A stretch of 61,422 nucleotides of DNA, the filler included, from Choristocarpus tenellus KU-1152 (Eukaryota; Protista; Phaeophyceae): the NCBI GenBank assembly GCA_964200185.2. It is 14 parts of 14 records of this genome, joined end to end, with 100 filler letters (N's around TTAATTAATTAA, not from the genome) between each part and the next. Parts side by side here need not be neighbours in the genome. Positions count along the whole stretch, not along the records: positions 35,514 to 38,161 come from CAXNAD020025981.1; positions 38,262 to 42,882 come from CAXNAD020013757.1; positions 42,983 to 48,047 come from CAXNAD020011992.1; positions 48,148 to 51,306 come from CAXNAD020021876.1; 10 more parts are not named here. One strand, given 5' to 3'. The translations under genes were made by a program, and so were the position numbers. The notes below the pieces were generated by a model, which was given only the letters and a program-made list of their open reading frames with translations, was not told where the DNA came from and searched no databases. Positions 35,936 to 50,460 of this stretch are shown one piece after another (within the stretch, counting starts at the first letter, position 1; the number at the start of each line of letters is the position of its first letter).

Positions 35936-38707
35936 CTTGTGTAGTGGATGTGCCAAAGGAATGGAAAAAGCAGGGGGTTAGGGTTAGGGTTAGGGATGAT
36001 GAGAAGGGGAGGAGGGAAGGAAGAAGGATCAGTCCCTCTCAGAAGTATATGTGACATAGCCTACACAGCATACATACATACCCCAACACCACTTCCAATA
36101 TATTGAACTATTGCTTTCCATTTTCTCCCTAAAATCCTAGACCCAAGTCAATCCAAACCAAGTTCTTCTCTCTTGAACTAGCACAGTTACAGGCATCAAA
36201 TCCATTTGGCAATAGGGAGAGGGCAAGGGCAGAAGGTTCTGGGCCATATCTGTGAGAGATGTCTCTGAGAGGGTAAAAATTGATCAGGTCCTTTTACTGT
36301 AATGGGTTAATGCGAAGAGGCAGGTTTTAATATTTTTTAATATTTTCTGATATGCAAATCCCACACCCGTCAAAGATTGTAACCAGGCTAAGGTATGGGC
36401 TGGCCTGCTACCCTGTCATACATACTTAGAGGATGATGTTATGCAGCTGGTCCGGTTGGCTCTCAGTAACTGCCGCCACGGTGATACAAATAGATGCAGT
36501 TGATGGGATTGACAAAAAAGAAACATTGGGGGTTGGCCTGACATGTCTTGACTGGGGTGGTCTGACCCACCTTGATCAGGCATTCACACGATTCCAAAAA
36601 TGTACTAAAAAAAAACACATAAGGCATTGGCAAAAAAATCCAGGTCGAGCAGGAGTGTACCCTTTAGTATATTCATCAGTACTCTAAGGATATTGTAGGG
36701 TTGTGAACATAGCCTCTTGTAACATTTAGCAAAAGGATGTATGTGCCTTAGTTTTTTAGGGTTAGGATTTTAACTTGGTAACTAAATGCTACATTAGTGC
36801 ACTCGGTTTCTTGACTTCCCGACGCTCGTAGTAAACTTCAACTTGCTCCATAGCAGTCAAAAAACGCTCTGTAGCACTTTGGTTTTCGATGTCAAGTTGT
36901 TCGAACTCTTGGGGAGGTTGTCTGACACAGGGGTACTTAAGTCTCGATGTACACATGGGAAGGAAGAACTTTGGGGTACTAGCGTGTACTCACCATAAAA
37001 TAAGCGTAAGCGTATATATCTCTTGGCTGATTTATCCGGAGAGATCAAAGCAAAAAACCATTCCAATCAACCGCACTTTGAAAATATATTATTATTCTGG
37101 GAAATTGGCAACACCATACATTGACCGAAAACTTGTTTGAAGGTCTAGTCATGCCAGATGAGATAGTGGATCCAAACAAAACTTCCAGACTCTTGAGAAT
37201 AATATTGCAGTACAAGGGGTCACATCATTGCTAGTTCTTAATCTGGTCAACAAATTTTCGCGATAAACTCTTGAGCACGGATTTCTCATCAAGACCAAAA
37301 AAAAAAGTTATTGAAAAATTGACTTGAGAATACAGGAAAGAACACCTTGTATGGGTGTATGGGCGGGGCCTTTGAAAGCCATATTTGTGGAATTCAAGCA
37401 CAGACTAGATCACCAAACTCCTTTCAAGACCATTTCTTGATAGATACAATAAAAGATGCCTCTGTTTTGTAGTTTCTTGAGAAAATTCCTTGCCTTGAGA
37501 AAAAGAGGTGCAAAGGTTCCAAACATGATACACCACGGAATACAGCAAGAGGACTGGGGTGCATGGTCCACTTCAAAGCAAATTCCTCCAAAACCTACCG
37601 TCCACACATTGACTTATCCCTCCCTAGAGGGGAGAATGATCGTGTTGAACTAGGGCAGAACAGCGATGCTATGCCACCTCGGGAGAATATACTGTTCACT
37701 TGGATCCATTTAACTCCATTGTGTGAGGAATGAGGACACTTACTCCCCCAAAAACCTTAACCTTAACCTAACCCTAACCCTAACCCTAACCTCAAGCGCT
37801 TGTTGTATCTCGTAGTCGTAGATACAGACCGGACATGGCCCTATGGTCCTATGACCCTATGACCTTTGTTTCACCTGACCTCACAACAAAAATGAAAAAT
37901 TTATGAGGCATGATCCCGCACAAAAATGGAAAAAATACATTTTGCCTAAACAACAGATGACCAATAAACACAACAATCAAGACCGAGCATTATAAATATG
38001 GGCAAAGTTCTACCAAACCTGCAGAGGCGTTGCCCCAACAAGGAGAAGAAGAGTGTAAAGAGGACACCATGTCCCCTAGCTTGGCTAGGCGAAGCAGAAG
38101 ATCCCCCCCTCTCCATGCCCCCCCACTGTGCATGCTCTTCCCCCCCCTCCCCCAGCAGCTCNNNNNNNNNNNNNNNNNNNNNNNNNNNNNNNNNNNNNNN
38201 NNNNNTTAATTAATTAANNNNNNNNNNNNNNNNNNNNNNNNNNNNNNNNNNNNNNNNNNNNCCCCCCCTCCATCTCGTGCCCACTAAGGGCGCTACTTCT
38301 TCACAGGTCACTCTGGAAAATCCAAAAAAAAAGAAAGCAATCCAGCTCCACTGTTCTACATCGGCAACGGTTGTGCAGGGTGCACAGATTTGATTGTTCT
38401 AAACACATATTGTTACTGCTGTAATTGTACCAACAAGATAATCAACACTTGATGCCTGGCATTCAACTCCTCGCAGTTGGACAAGTGTAGAACTCGAAGG
38501 CACTGATACTGATGGGAAAAAGCTTTATCACATTCATCGACCACCTTGCACTATTCATTGGAAGAGAATCTCCGAACAGGTCCTTCATGTCTGCCTGTGT
38601 CAGGCGGGAACAGCAAATGATTTTGTAGAAGACTCAACTCAGAAGAGGTACCATGTGTTAAAAAGGCACCCTCTCTCTACCTTGTTCACCTGGGATACAC
38701 GACTCAC

Positions 38708-39822
38708 CTTGGTCCAGAATGAATTATTGAAGCTATTTTCGTTATTCAGCTGTTTGACCGTACCGCTGGTAGAGCAGAACGATTCTTTTCCTGTCGCCGT
38801 GGTATTCGGTACCCCTTGCTCGTCTGCCTTCCTACTGACATCGCCTAAATCGCCACCATTTCTGTCATACGCTGTCACATCCACACCCCGGTCACGGAGA
38901 AGCCTGGCCCAATATCCCAGCCCACAGCCCACCTCGAGTCACAAAACCAACGGAGATTCGGCAGGAAGACCAAGGGCAGCTGGAAGTCAAGACAACACAC
39001 TAATCTAAGCTCCCTTAACTTCGTATTGGGGACAATCGGGTAAGGCAGCAAATACGATGCTGAAAAATTATATAAAGAGGATAAATCAAACGTGCAAGTA
39101 GCACTGCAGCCATTGCCCAAGTAAGTGGGCAATTGTTTCATCTCATGCAAAAACATGTGCCAATCGAGGACGTCGCACCTCGACAATGGGGCCGAAGTGG
39201 CCAATGATTCGAAGAGCTCGCTCGTCAGGTATTGCCCAGGCATACCTAAGTGAGAGAAGGTCAGGGAAAATGCGGTGTGGGAGGATGATAGAGGCTTCCT
39301 TGAATGTGGTCATCAGGGATGTACAGGAAGTGCTCACTGCCACATGGGTGGGGCTGCAATAACCTTGCTCCATATTATCTTTGAGCTTGGTCCAGATCAG
39401 TGCAGAACACTACAGACGAGTATAGCACATTCATTGATCTTCTACGCAATTCTACGAAAATGAAGGTCAACACAGTGTACCAGCTTGCTAGGTTCGATCG
39501 TTCAAGGTATGGGGAACACCTACTAATGGGCGTCGTGGATCATAGTCACTCTTCGTTGAGTTCAACTCACTGGGGTGTATCAGAAATCCAAGCAAAAACA
39601 TGGTCACCTCCTCCTTAATCTTTCTCCCTCCTCGCACATCATCTCCCAAAGTTCCTTGCGTATTTCATCAGATAAGGTTGGGTCAAGCAATTGTTTCATA
39701 TCCTTCGACCATGAGCCCACTACTGACTGGAACTCGGAGAGAAACTCGTTATTACAACTTGGGGTTGTTACATGAGCTTGGTCCGAATCACGCTTGCGCC
39801 TCTTCGCCTTGGTAGCGGACAT
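38708..39822 (-). CDS. Class I SAM-dependent methyltransferase-like protein, 5' part; exons 39822-39608, 39245-39179, 38932-38708
   Basis: RYAWAIPDERALRII..FGPIVEVGCGLGYWARLLRDRGVDVTAYD contains motif I (ExGxGxG) and post-I; phases are consistent. Confidence 0.8.
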
Positions 39823-40470
39823 GAACAAGGTGTTGAGCTATTGTGAGTCCAAGCCCAATCCGTCAATCACCACACCAGTCGTCTAGTTTACACAGTGAGT
39901 GGCAGGATATATATTAGTAGTACAATACAAGTACTAATGGTACATCAATTGCAAAAACTACTACTACTATACTCCTATAATATATAGTGTTGGAGAGGAC
40001 CGTGAGAGGAAATTCCCGCGTAGATGAGCGTGCGATTCTGGCGTTTGTGTTTGTTTGGAATTTATGGAAGTAATAGAACAAGAAACGCCATACGAATATT
40101 CAGTCCAATAGTTTCTCCTTGTTGTGCTCTTGTTGATTGTTTGTGTGTGTCAACAGTGCAACTCGAAAGCACTCCACCCTTTCCACGTTGACGCCAGATG
40201 AGATAAGTGTTCATATCTGATGGTGCGTCGTTGAACTCTCCTCAATAATACATACGTGGAGGGTTGGTGAACAGGGACACTGTGGCTCTCTCTGTCCCTT
40301 AATTGTTGGTTGTTGTGTATGTTGTCTTTATTGCAATTATAGTGTTGCTGGCGCTTGCGAGAGCTCTTGGGAGGGCGAGGTTATTTACTTCTAACCTATC
40401 TCGTTTTTCACTTGACACAGTTAGGCACTAGTTGTAGGGGGCTTCAGATAGGGGGGGGATTATCTCGGAA

Positions 40471-42755
40471 ATGATGCCTACTACAGTTCTTAGCCGCAAT
40501 GGACGTTCTTGCTCTTTCGAGCAGAAGGCACCAGAGGTCGGACCTGGACACCAGGAGCAATCGCTGGCTCTTGCAGCAGGGGAGGCAGCTAATCTGCCAA
40601 ATACACTGCCGGGTATGGGAACAGTCCGAACAATGGGTGGCATTGCAAAGGGTAGCAATGGAGGTGGTGGTGCCGAACCCGAGCCAATCGCGTTCGATCC
40701 AGAAGAGAACATCCCCTTCGAGAAATCCATCCTGAAAGGTAATGACGGATGCTCTGAGCAACCATCCCAGGGATGATACAGGGTAGTCCTGCGGTCAAGC
40801 TAATACGCTCTTGCGACCGAAGATACACGTCGCACAACTTGCTAAAACGTGTTCGGCAATGGCATTTAGTTTATTACCATGAAACATGCATATCCGCAAC
40901 CCTGCATCATCTCAAATCCCTTTTGAAATGCAGCAAGTGTGCTCCCCCCAATTCTTGTCCCTTGGTCTATATCTTGCAATCCTGAACACCTAATCTCACG
41001 AGGGGGCATATACTACTTACTGGCAAACGTTCTAGGTCATTAGACTTTCAGTAACCCCAAACTAACCCATTTCCCATCCGGTCCATGTGCGCCTTCCTCA
41101 TGCTTGATCATCCTGTTCTTAATCCTTCCTTGCATCGGTCCCCCATCTTTGCTGGTCACCAGGTGAGATGTCCAACGGGATGGCGTATTTCGTACGGCAC
41201 AACACACAGCCCCTCAACCGCGCTGAGCTGAGGATAGTGATCAAGGTAGGTCTACCTGCCGATATGACGGCAGTAGCTCGTTGCTGTCGAGGTTCATGTT
41301 TCCTTCTCAACTGACATTTTTCTCTGTAGAGATGCCTCAATATTCTTCTTCACTACTCCAAACTCTTGTTGGCCTTCTGACTATGTGAATGCTCTGATCA
41401 CTGAACTCAAATTGTCTGATGGCGAAAATATATGCCTGACTCCTCATCCATTGAATGACATCGTGGCATCGTCTGGCATTGACGAACACAGAGTGTGTTT
41501 CCCACTGTTCCATTGCCCTTCTGTTAGAACACACCTTCATGCGCCACCTGCAAGCATGAAAGGAGAGGAAAAAGCAGGAGCTGTAGTGATGCACAGTATT
41601 GTTTGGTATGGTCGTCCATGCTCAGTCACATAGTACGAGTCTTTTGTGAGCACATTGTACACCATTCCTAATCCCTCCATGCCATAAGTGCTTGTCCATC
41701 TCTCCTCCTCTGGTGTGCATTTCCCTTCTTGGTCCTTCCCCTTCCTCCTCCTCCTCCTCCTCCTCCTCCTCCTCCTCCGTAAGATCCTGAAAAAATCGTA
41801 TTCTGGTATTGTCACCTATTTCTGTCACCTTGGGGCATGCTTCATCGTTTTTGTTGTGCCATTCGCTTGATGCAGGATGCTGCTGCTTTCTTGTGTGTCC
41901 TTCTCGACGTCGTTTCAGGTGGGATCTACAATGGAGCAAGAGGAAGAGCGTGGCATAGCTCACATGATCGAACATCTTGCCTTTCGGGCTAGCCAAAGCT
42001 GCCCTCAAGAATTCGAGCTGATCAAGGAGGTGCGATATCGGGCAGAGTCACACAAATCTCAAGGCAAAGACCGTGTTTAAACATGCCAAGTTGTGTATCC
42101 CTCTCTCTCTCAACAGGTACCCTGCCTTTGTGGTACCATTTAAGTTATCTCACATGTACTCTCCCATCTACCCACCCCTGTAACGGCGCTGTGAATTGCT
42201 GTACAGGACGACGTGGCGCCTGAATTCTTAAAACACTTCTTTTTTTGCTTTGATTTCGAAGGCGTTTTCTGTGATAGAGAGAGCCGGTTTTGAATACACG
42301 ACGTACTCTTCGTCCTCTTTTCTTTTCTGCTTTTTGGCGGTGCTTCTGTTTTATTGTTTATATATATATGTATGTATGTATGCATTATGTATACATGTAA
42401 CAATGTATGTGTTCAATCTTCAAGTATTAATACTGCCTGATAACTGTGCTGCCATCGTGCTTCATTTGTATGGCATATGTATATATATATATAATGAATA
42501 TATATTTTTTCCTTTTCATTTTTTTTTTTTTCCCCTCGCTCGTGTTGATGTTTTTCCCCGTTTTGTACACACCTACTACGTGCTTTATGTGACGCGAATT
42601 GACTAAAACAGCTGGAGGCGTACGGCATAAAGTTCGGCGCCCACCAAAACGCCTACACTTCTTTTGATGAGACCGTCTATGAGCTTCACGTCCCGGCGGA
42701 CAAGCCAGATCTGCTGGAGAGGAGCTTGAGGGTGCTCAGGCAGATGGCCCTGGAG
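40471..42755 (+). CDS. M16 zinc protease, PqqL-like, 5' part; exons 40471-40738, 41163-41245, 41919-42029, 42612-42755
   Basis: GEMSNGMAYFVRHN..P.NRAELR, VGSTMEQEEERGIAHMIEHLAF (HxxEH), FGAHQNAYTSFDETVY. Confidence 0.93.
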
Positions 42756-43008
42756 GTTAGTTACCACTGTTTTTGCATTTTGGTTTTGTTGTTTAGAGTT
42801 GAAATGTAGGGTCGGTCGGTCAGTCGGTCGGTCGGTCGGGGGGGGGGGGGGGGGGGGGGGTGGGTTTAGACCGGGGGGGCTTNNNNNNNNNNNNNNNNNN
42901 NNNNNNNNNNNNNNNNNNNNNNNNNNTTAATTAATTAANNNNNNNNNNNNNNNNNNNNNNNNNNNNNNNNNNNNNNNNNNNNCAAACTCTCCACCTCCTC
43001 TTCCACAC

Positions 43009-46000
43009 CTGCAGGTGGATGAAGATGTCCTCATCAAGCGGGGGATTGGTCAGTCCCCCTGCAGCACTTTCACTGTCCCCGCCATGGCCAGCAGACTTCA
43101 GCATATTGGTACAGCCATCAGAAGCAGCACTGCAGTAGTAGAGCCTAAATGTCGGACCCTCCCTCCCCCTGGGAACTCGAATTGGCTTCTCCACCTGCTC
43201 ATCTCCAGCCTTGTTGGGGAAGGATGTCCAGGTCACCTGTCACATAAGGAGGAGGGGGGGGGGGGGGGGGGGGGGGGGGAAAAAAGGAGAAGAAGAGAGG
43301 GGGGGAGACGCCGNNNNNNNNNGGGGGGGGGGGGGGGGAGTAGGAAACAGTTCAAGTAGGGTTACTGCAGAGGGGTGGGAAGGGGTAAAGGTTTGAGCAA
43401 GGGGCAGGCATGCAGGGATATGCTTCGTTCTTTTTGCATTCAACTCCGTATGTAAATCTCCAACAAATTGCATTCAGAATGTATTCCAGAGTATCATTGA
43501 GTGAACATGTTAATAGGTCATATAAAGTCAACGTGAAAGTTCTACAGGGCGGAGAGTCACATTATACCCGGTGTCGTATAGAACCATTTTTCTTACAATA
43601 CATGCAAGAAACATACAAAGATACTCACACACATCACAGCCAAAAAGACACCTTTGCTTGCATTACATGTAGCTGCAAAATATAAATGGGAAGAGGGTAA
43701 AACATGTGAGAAAAAAAAGCAGTAACGAAGCTATACAAAGAATCTCTAATCAACCAACCGATCAAACTTGGAAGGTGCCCGATACAAATTCAGGATGGGG
43801 GAGGGGGTTAAGCGAGACCTTGAGGCTGTCGTTAGACTTCCTTGTGCGGATGATGTCCTTGTTCTCGAAATTCTTCAGCACATCCCCGAACCTGGAGTAC
43901 TCACTGTTGCTCACACTGTAGTCTATGTTTCTTCTCATAGAACAATGGGCAAGAAATACGTTGCAGAGTGGAGAAGGGGGGCAGGCGGAGGGAGAGGAGT
44001 ATTCGTTATTGGTGGACAATCCTTCCATACTGTTGATGATTGTGTAGTGAGGAGAGAAACAAGAATTGATGCTAGCAAAACAACCATATTTGGTACATAC
44101 TCACACCTCATCCCCCACAGCACTCAGCGAACTCTGCCATTTGAACTACTAACTGATTTTGACTAGATTTACCAAAGGCATTGGAAACTCAAATAACTCA
44201 ACGCTACAATCGGGTAAAACAAAAATGCAACACGTTCCCCTCACAAATGGGATCAGTTAACCCCCTATAGGAACACGCTTGTAAGTTAAGGTCGGTCGGC
44301 AACTCAGATGGACTGCCACATGATAAATAACTCAAGTTTGAACACGAAAAGGTCTCTATTTTCTCCATCTGACTTTGAGGTTAATGGGGTTGACCATCAA
44401 TATTTTGAGAGAGTCAAGTCTGCAGTCGAAATGATGGTCACACCTTAAAGTTACACCCTCCGATGTCAACAGAATATTACACCCCTGCTGCTTAACAACA
44501 AGAATCAAAATAACCACGGAAGCTTCTCAAATTTTCTGACCTCCGACACACAAAAAGAGAAACAAGGGAGACAACCTGATCTCATGACCAAGACAAGAAT
44601 AAAAACAAAATCAAGTATTTTCAAGTCTTGTCGGAAAGGAGTGACTTCCACAAGAGTTTGCATGATTGGGAACGAAGCTCTAAAGGTTTTTCCTGAGTAA
44701 GGCTGTCTATTCCTCCTCACAGAATGCATTGCGACCTTCATCCCGACAAAATCCACAATCTTGATGTAAAAATACATCAACAATACAGCATTGTGTCACC
44801 AAAAGGAATGACACCATTTTTAAACGACTAGAAATGAAACACCTCATTCGTCCCTTGCACTTGATATCTTTTCCTTTTTTTTTATCCAACAATAAAAAAA
44901 CTTGAACGAAATGATGAAAATAATAAGCACAAAGATAAAAACATATTACATGTTGACCTCAAACCAAACACCACCTAGTTTGTCTTCGAACCAAAGCACA
45001 GGAACAACTGAGAGGATAGCTAAGGGCATGAAACATGCAAAAACAAGAGAGGACCATAAACAGACAAAAACAAGTGGGGTGGGGGTCAGACGCCCTCACC
45101 CTCGCTGCATACGGTCATTAATGGTGCTCGCAGTCATGGGGTAAGGTATGCCAGCCTCGCACATGCCCTTTAGAACCTTAAGGAAGAGTTCATCAACCTT
45201 CAAGAGATTACATTAGTCATTTCGCACAAGGGGAGGAGAGGGTGGGTGACAAGATAAGTATGGAGGCAGGGAAAGGCGTACGGACGAGTGGGGGGGCACA
45301 TATGAGACAGGGAAAATTAAAAACATGAATGGCTTGCGAAAACGCTTGCAGGTGTTCCACGCTTCAAGAATTGTTCCAAACTCAGCACCACACTAATATC
45401 CTACTGTTCAATGGATAGAATTTACGACACCATCACCAGGTCAGCCACAGGAGCCACCCAGAACACATTACAAGGACGCGCTGCAAGCCCTGTCACACTT
45501 TTCCTGGAGGTAAAACAACATACAACCTCCGAGATAAACCCTGCCCTCCCCACTCATAGCTGCTACTATTCTAGAGTAAACTCCATCTCCATCTTCAATT
45601 CCTCCTTCCGCCCTCTCCCTAACCTGTGCTTTGCTCATGAACTTCCCCGTCTTGGCCCGAGGCGCTCGATTACGATCTCTATCACCCCTCATACCACGCC
45701 AGGGCACATCTGCCACAACTGCACCGCCGCCCCTACCATGGAGGTCTCGATCCCCAACCAACGGGCGCCCCCCACCCCCACCCGACGCACGTGCAGAGCG
45801 TTGACTTCCACCACCGCCACCACCCCTGCTGCCACTGCCAAGTGGACGGTCAACAGGCGAACCCACACCAGACCCTCCCCGCCAGTTTGGGTTGTGCATT
45901 CGCTGCCCTATAGGTGCTCCCCCACCCGACCGCTCCATGGGTGAACGGCCAGGTGGTGCCATGGGGCGGACGTTGGCAAGCCCTGGTGACCTAAGCCCTG

Positions 46001-48030
46001 GTGACCTAACAGGCGGTGACCTAACAGGCGGTGACCTAACAGGCGGTGACCTAACAGCCGCTGCAATACGGGACTTGTGCATGCGGTCAGAAGGGGGGCG
46101 ATCAATGAGAAGGGGACGACCCAATACCTGCTCTGCCCGCCCCCTGGGCGACTCACGTGAAGAACGCGTGGGGGTGGGTTAGGGAGAAACAGGAATTGGG
46201 GTGCAGACGACAAGACGAGGAGGAGGATAGCAAGGTGGAGGTGATGTGTAAGACGGGGTCAACAGTGGGAGTTATTAAATAATGAAAGGGTTAATGAAGA
46301 AGGTAATTTTTTGAAAAAAAATTACAATTTTTCAAGATGGGGGAACGGGAGGGGGAGGGTTGTACCTTCCTAAATTTACTCTTACTTTCTTAAGTAACTC
46401 TGCAACATGCCACTGCTCATCCATGATTTTTCAAAAGTTTACAACGTATCTTTGAACCCATCAGATAAATATCTTCATTTGTGGTGTTTCAACGAGCCCT
46501 TTTCACTCTACGGGTCACAATGCAGCACAGTACAACCCTCAACCTTCAAAAGATTTTACAAAGTGTGAAAAAGCTTTGTAGATGACAAGATAAAGAAGAA
46601 AACCACCTACATCAGGTTCAAACTATCATATTAAATAATAGGAAATACAACAATTGCTTCGCCCGTGACCTCCCAGATGAAACATAGAATAACCCAAACA
46701 AAACAACAGAAAAGCTCCATATAAAAACAACTGTGCGTGCACCACTTCATCCTCTCACAAAAGAGGATGAAAGAAACGTCACCACACCCCCTTCCTTCCG
46801 GTAAGAGCTCAATCTACTAGACAATCGCGCAGCATCCTTCAATAAATATGCAACACTATCTCTTACCTCCCCCTTTCCCTAACACTAGGCCTGTCCCGCC
46901 GAGAAACCTCCATTGGACGCTCCACAACAAGGCGACTCTCCTTCGGTCTTCCTACAACTCCCCACCCCCCCCCCCCACCGTCCACCATCATTAGATCCCT
47001 CTGCCCTCTCTGGTCCAGGTTCCTCATATCACGATCACCCCGTACACGCTCACGATCGATGTTTTCCCTTTACCACCATGCCCACATGCAAGTATGTGGA
47101 GAGTGTTGAACAGATAAGTATTGAGTAGGTTAAGGACGAAATTATGAGAGTATGGTTGTGTGAGAAGGGGGGAAAAATATGGCCTTGACATACTGTTTGG
47201 GAGAGGCCCGAAAATAAAAGGATGCAGGTAAGTCAATTGGGAAAAAGACTTTGAATACTCCACGATGTGATCTGAGATGAACATCAGGGACCTCTCGCTC
47301 TCACCCAAACTGCTTCGGAGCTTGACACAGTGTGACGAAACAAAACCGAGTCAACTCCCTCATAAAACAACAACAGAAAAGAAGTCAAGTGCTGTGTAGA
47401 GATTGGTCTGTTCAAGCAAAGGAAGAGATGGTTCACACCCGATAAGAGTAATAGATTGTGAACGGATGAAAGGGAAAGGGGTAGGGGCTTCAATCAAGGT
47501 GGGAATAAAAGGTTGATGGCTGTGAATATTTGGCAGGTACACACACTCCACATGTGCAAGAGGGGGCTAAGTTACCTTTCCCTGTCTCTATCTCTCTCCC
47601 GGTCACGACCACCAACTCCAGGTCCCTTGCTTCCACTCCATGATCCACTTGAAATGCCGTTACTAGTACCTACCCAGTTGCCACCACCACCTCCACTGTT
47701 GCTGCTCACGAGCCCACCTCCTCCACCATGGTCATTTCCTCTATGACCAGCCCAGTCGCCACTTTCACCATGATCTCCCTTGTGACTACTCCAGCCCCCA
47801 CCACTACCATTACTACCGCCTCCACCATTGTAGTCCCCACCACCCCTGCCACCCCCAGTCCAGCTTCCACCATTTCCGCTACTCCCAAACTCCTGAGACC
47901 TGGTGCTTCCTCCCCAGCCCGCACTGCTGCCCCCAAACTCTTGCGAGCGCAAGACATCACCACCCCTGCCCCCATTGCCAGCAATGTTATGTGCGGTAGG
48001 ATGGTGATGCTGTTGGTGGTGCGGACTGTC
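43009..48030 (-). CDS. Partial multi-exon gene: Gly/Arg/Pro-rich regions plus a possible winged-helix (LOTUS/OST-HTH- or eIF2D-like) segment
   Basis: Candidate exons ~48030-47576, ~46190-45530, 45197-45100 (VDELFLKVLKGMCEAGIPYPMTAS), ~43930-43819 (DYSVSNSEYSRFGDVLK) and 43236-43009. The domain call is tentative. Confidence 0.5.
45985..46056. repeat. 15-bp coding repeat (RSPPV/RSPGL on the minus strand)
   Basis: GGTGACCTAA recurs five times at 15-bp spacing. Confidence 0.9.
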
Positions 48031-48769
48031 CAAAGGTCTTACGGGGANNNNNNNNNNNNNNNNNNNNNNNNNNNNNNNNNNNNNNNNNNNNTTAATTAAT
48101 TAANNNNNNNNNNNNNNNNNNNNNNNNNNNNNNNNNNNNNNNNNNNNGCCGCTACCCCCTCCCAGATACTTTGAGCCAGAAGTAAAAACATAGAAGAAAC
48201 AAGAAAAGCAAGCTTGAATCCATATCAAACATACCTAATATCCCTCATCATGGTATGTGTGTATGGTGGACAGCAACTATTCCTATGCTTTCTATCCACT
48301 GTGACGTACTTGTAGTTGTTGAGTAAGGTGTGACCATGAACTAATAATGATGGGAATGGGAATAGCGACCAGTACAATGGACGAATCAGCATTCAGTGTG
48401 AGCTGACCATGCTGTATCGTATCAAAACGAAATCGAATGAGTAGCCTATGTTTTAACACAAATTTCAATGGTCAAATTTAGAATTTAGAACTTAGAACTG
48501 GAAGCAACAAGGTTAAGGCTAGGACGAAAGCCGTTCCTACTCTTGTTTCTGATGATGCTGCAGGCAGTGCCGCGACCACATTGCCTGCCTTCCTCCGCGG
48601 GGAGGTACGTAGCCGTTGTGTGCCAATGGTGCATCCCTCGAGGCTACACCATATCAATTCATCTTACACCTCGTGCAATACATACATGTACTACTTTTAA
48701 CTAAGTTGATTCCCCCTAACACACAAACATACCTTCCTCCTCCTACATGTTCGCCCCTTTCTCAGCATC

Positions 48770-50460
48770 AGGTTGAGATGGCAACGACTACATACTCTGA
48801 GCTGGAGTCAAGGTTGCGGGGGCAGGTTGCCCTTGCACAAGATTTACCATTGACAAGAACGGCATCCTCTCGATTCTCTTTTCGGGCACCTCAGCCACGA
48901 AACACCATGATCGAGGTGTGTAAGAACAGGACTTGATCCTGTATTTCACGCATGCATGATGTCTTCCTCTGTACTTCAAGCAACTGTGTACACCTGGTCG
49001 TTGACTCCTCTGCCAAAGTATACTCCATGACATGAGCGTGGTCTCCACGTCCTTTGATGTTAGTTTCTTGTTACTTCACACTTGCCATCGATAGCTCTGA
49101 GGCCCACTCGCCCCATTGCTAACATGCGGCAGACGCAACGAGGGAAGACTTGGAACTTGTGGCTTGAGTGTAGGGGGAACTGGCCTTGGCATATGCGTCG
49201 ATGCCAAGAACGACATCTCTGCAGCAAGCGTCTAGACCTGCCTGCGCCCTGGACACTACCATCATGCCCTTCCAGCACAGTATCCACTGTGATAAGCAAG
49301 AACTACCTGCCAAAAACGACAAAATGTTCACAAGGCGACGTACGTGGACAGTTTATCCTGCAATGAGCCCTGCGAAGGTGAGTCTGGGGCTTCCTCCCTC
49401 CTCCTTCCCCCAGCATCACAAAAAATGCAACATACACTTATCTCTCCACCAACATCAAACCCGTGGCAGAGAGAGGCATTGACATCACCGCAGATATCAG
49501 CATCACCTAGCTACGTGGTGCTCATCTCACCCCACCAACACCACCAGAGCTGGACAGAGGTGATGGTGCAGTATCGTCACAAAGGGGCAGGGCGACCATT
49601 TCACCACCCACAACACTTGAGGCGGAGAGAGGCAGTGCTGCTGCACCACAAAGCGTAGGGTATTCACAGAGCTACAAATATCAGCGTCACCTAGCCACGG
49701 GGTGTTCATCTCAACACCAACTTCACCCGAGACGGAGAGAGGCGGTGGCACAGCATCATCACAAAGGGACAGGGTGCTCAACTCGCCACCCGCATCACCG
49801 GTGGAGGAGAGCGGTGCTGCTGCTGCACCAGGACAGGGCAGGGTATTCACAATGCCAAGGACATTGACATCAAATAGGCACCACAGAGTGTTCATCTCAC
49901 CACCCGCATCACCAGGGAGGTGTAGAGAGGCAGTGATGCATCTTGTGGAGGGGGGTTGGTAGGCCGTTAGAACGTACTTGTACATAGGGTTGTTTGTTGG
50001 ACAGGACAGCAATTGCAACCTTGGCGATTGTGAATGAAGGTAGGGATCCCAGATTAGCTGCATTACATATTGCCTGATGACGGTTTTGTGAGACTGCGGT
50101 GCAAGAGGGGATGTCCGGCAATGAGTTAGTGGGTGATGTCAAGAGGAACAAGTGTCTTTCGGGTGCGGATGGCTATGGCCAACCCGGTGTTCTCAACAGA
50201 GGAGCTGGTGTACTTTCTTTCCTTGAAGTAGTTGCCTGGTGGAGGAGAAACGTCTGAGCAGGCATTCCAATCCTTTGCTGGTCACATCTGATAATAGCCT
50301 TCTTCGCACGCTTCGTGTTGACCACAGTCACCACAGTCATGGATGATGAACGGTCACGCAGGATCCTGGGGTTATTTGTACAAACGTGTGTCGTTCGCTA
50401 TTGATATTTGAGGATGTTGGCCTGCAGGCCTCATGGGTAATTTTGGGTGAGGTGATGTGC
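48770..50460 (+). other. Decayed ORF-like region with ~184-bp internal repeats (49480-49940), probably a TE remnant
   Basis: Intronless, coding-like composition with broken frames; ATATCAGCRTCACCTAGC and GGGTATTCACA each recur at 183-184-bp spacing. Confidence 0.35.

Noticed and set aside
48520-48570. GACGAAA plus CTGATGA as a hammerhead ribozyme
   Set aside because: Stems I-III cannot be formed around the cores.
50070-50105. CTGATGA...GAGAC as a minimal hammerhead
   Set aside because: The GAAA core is absent, stem II is poor, and there is no NUH site.
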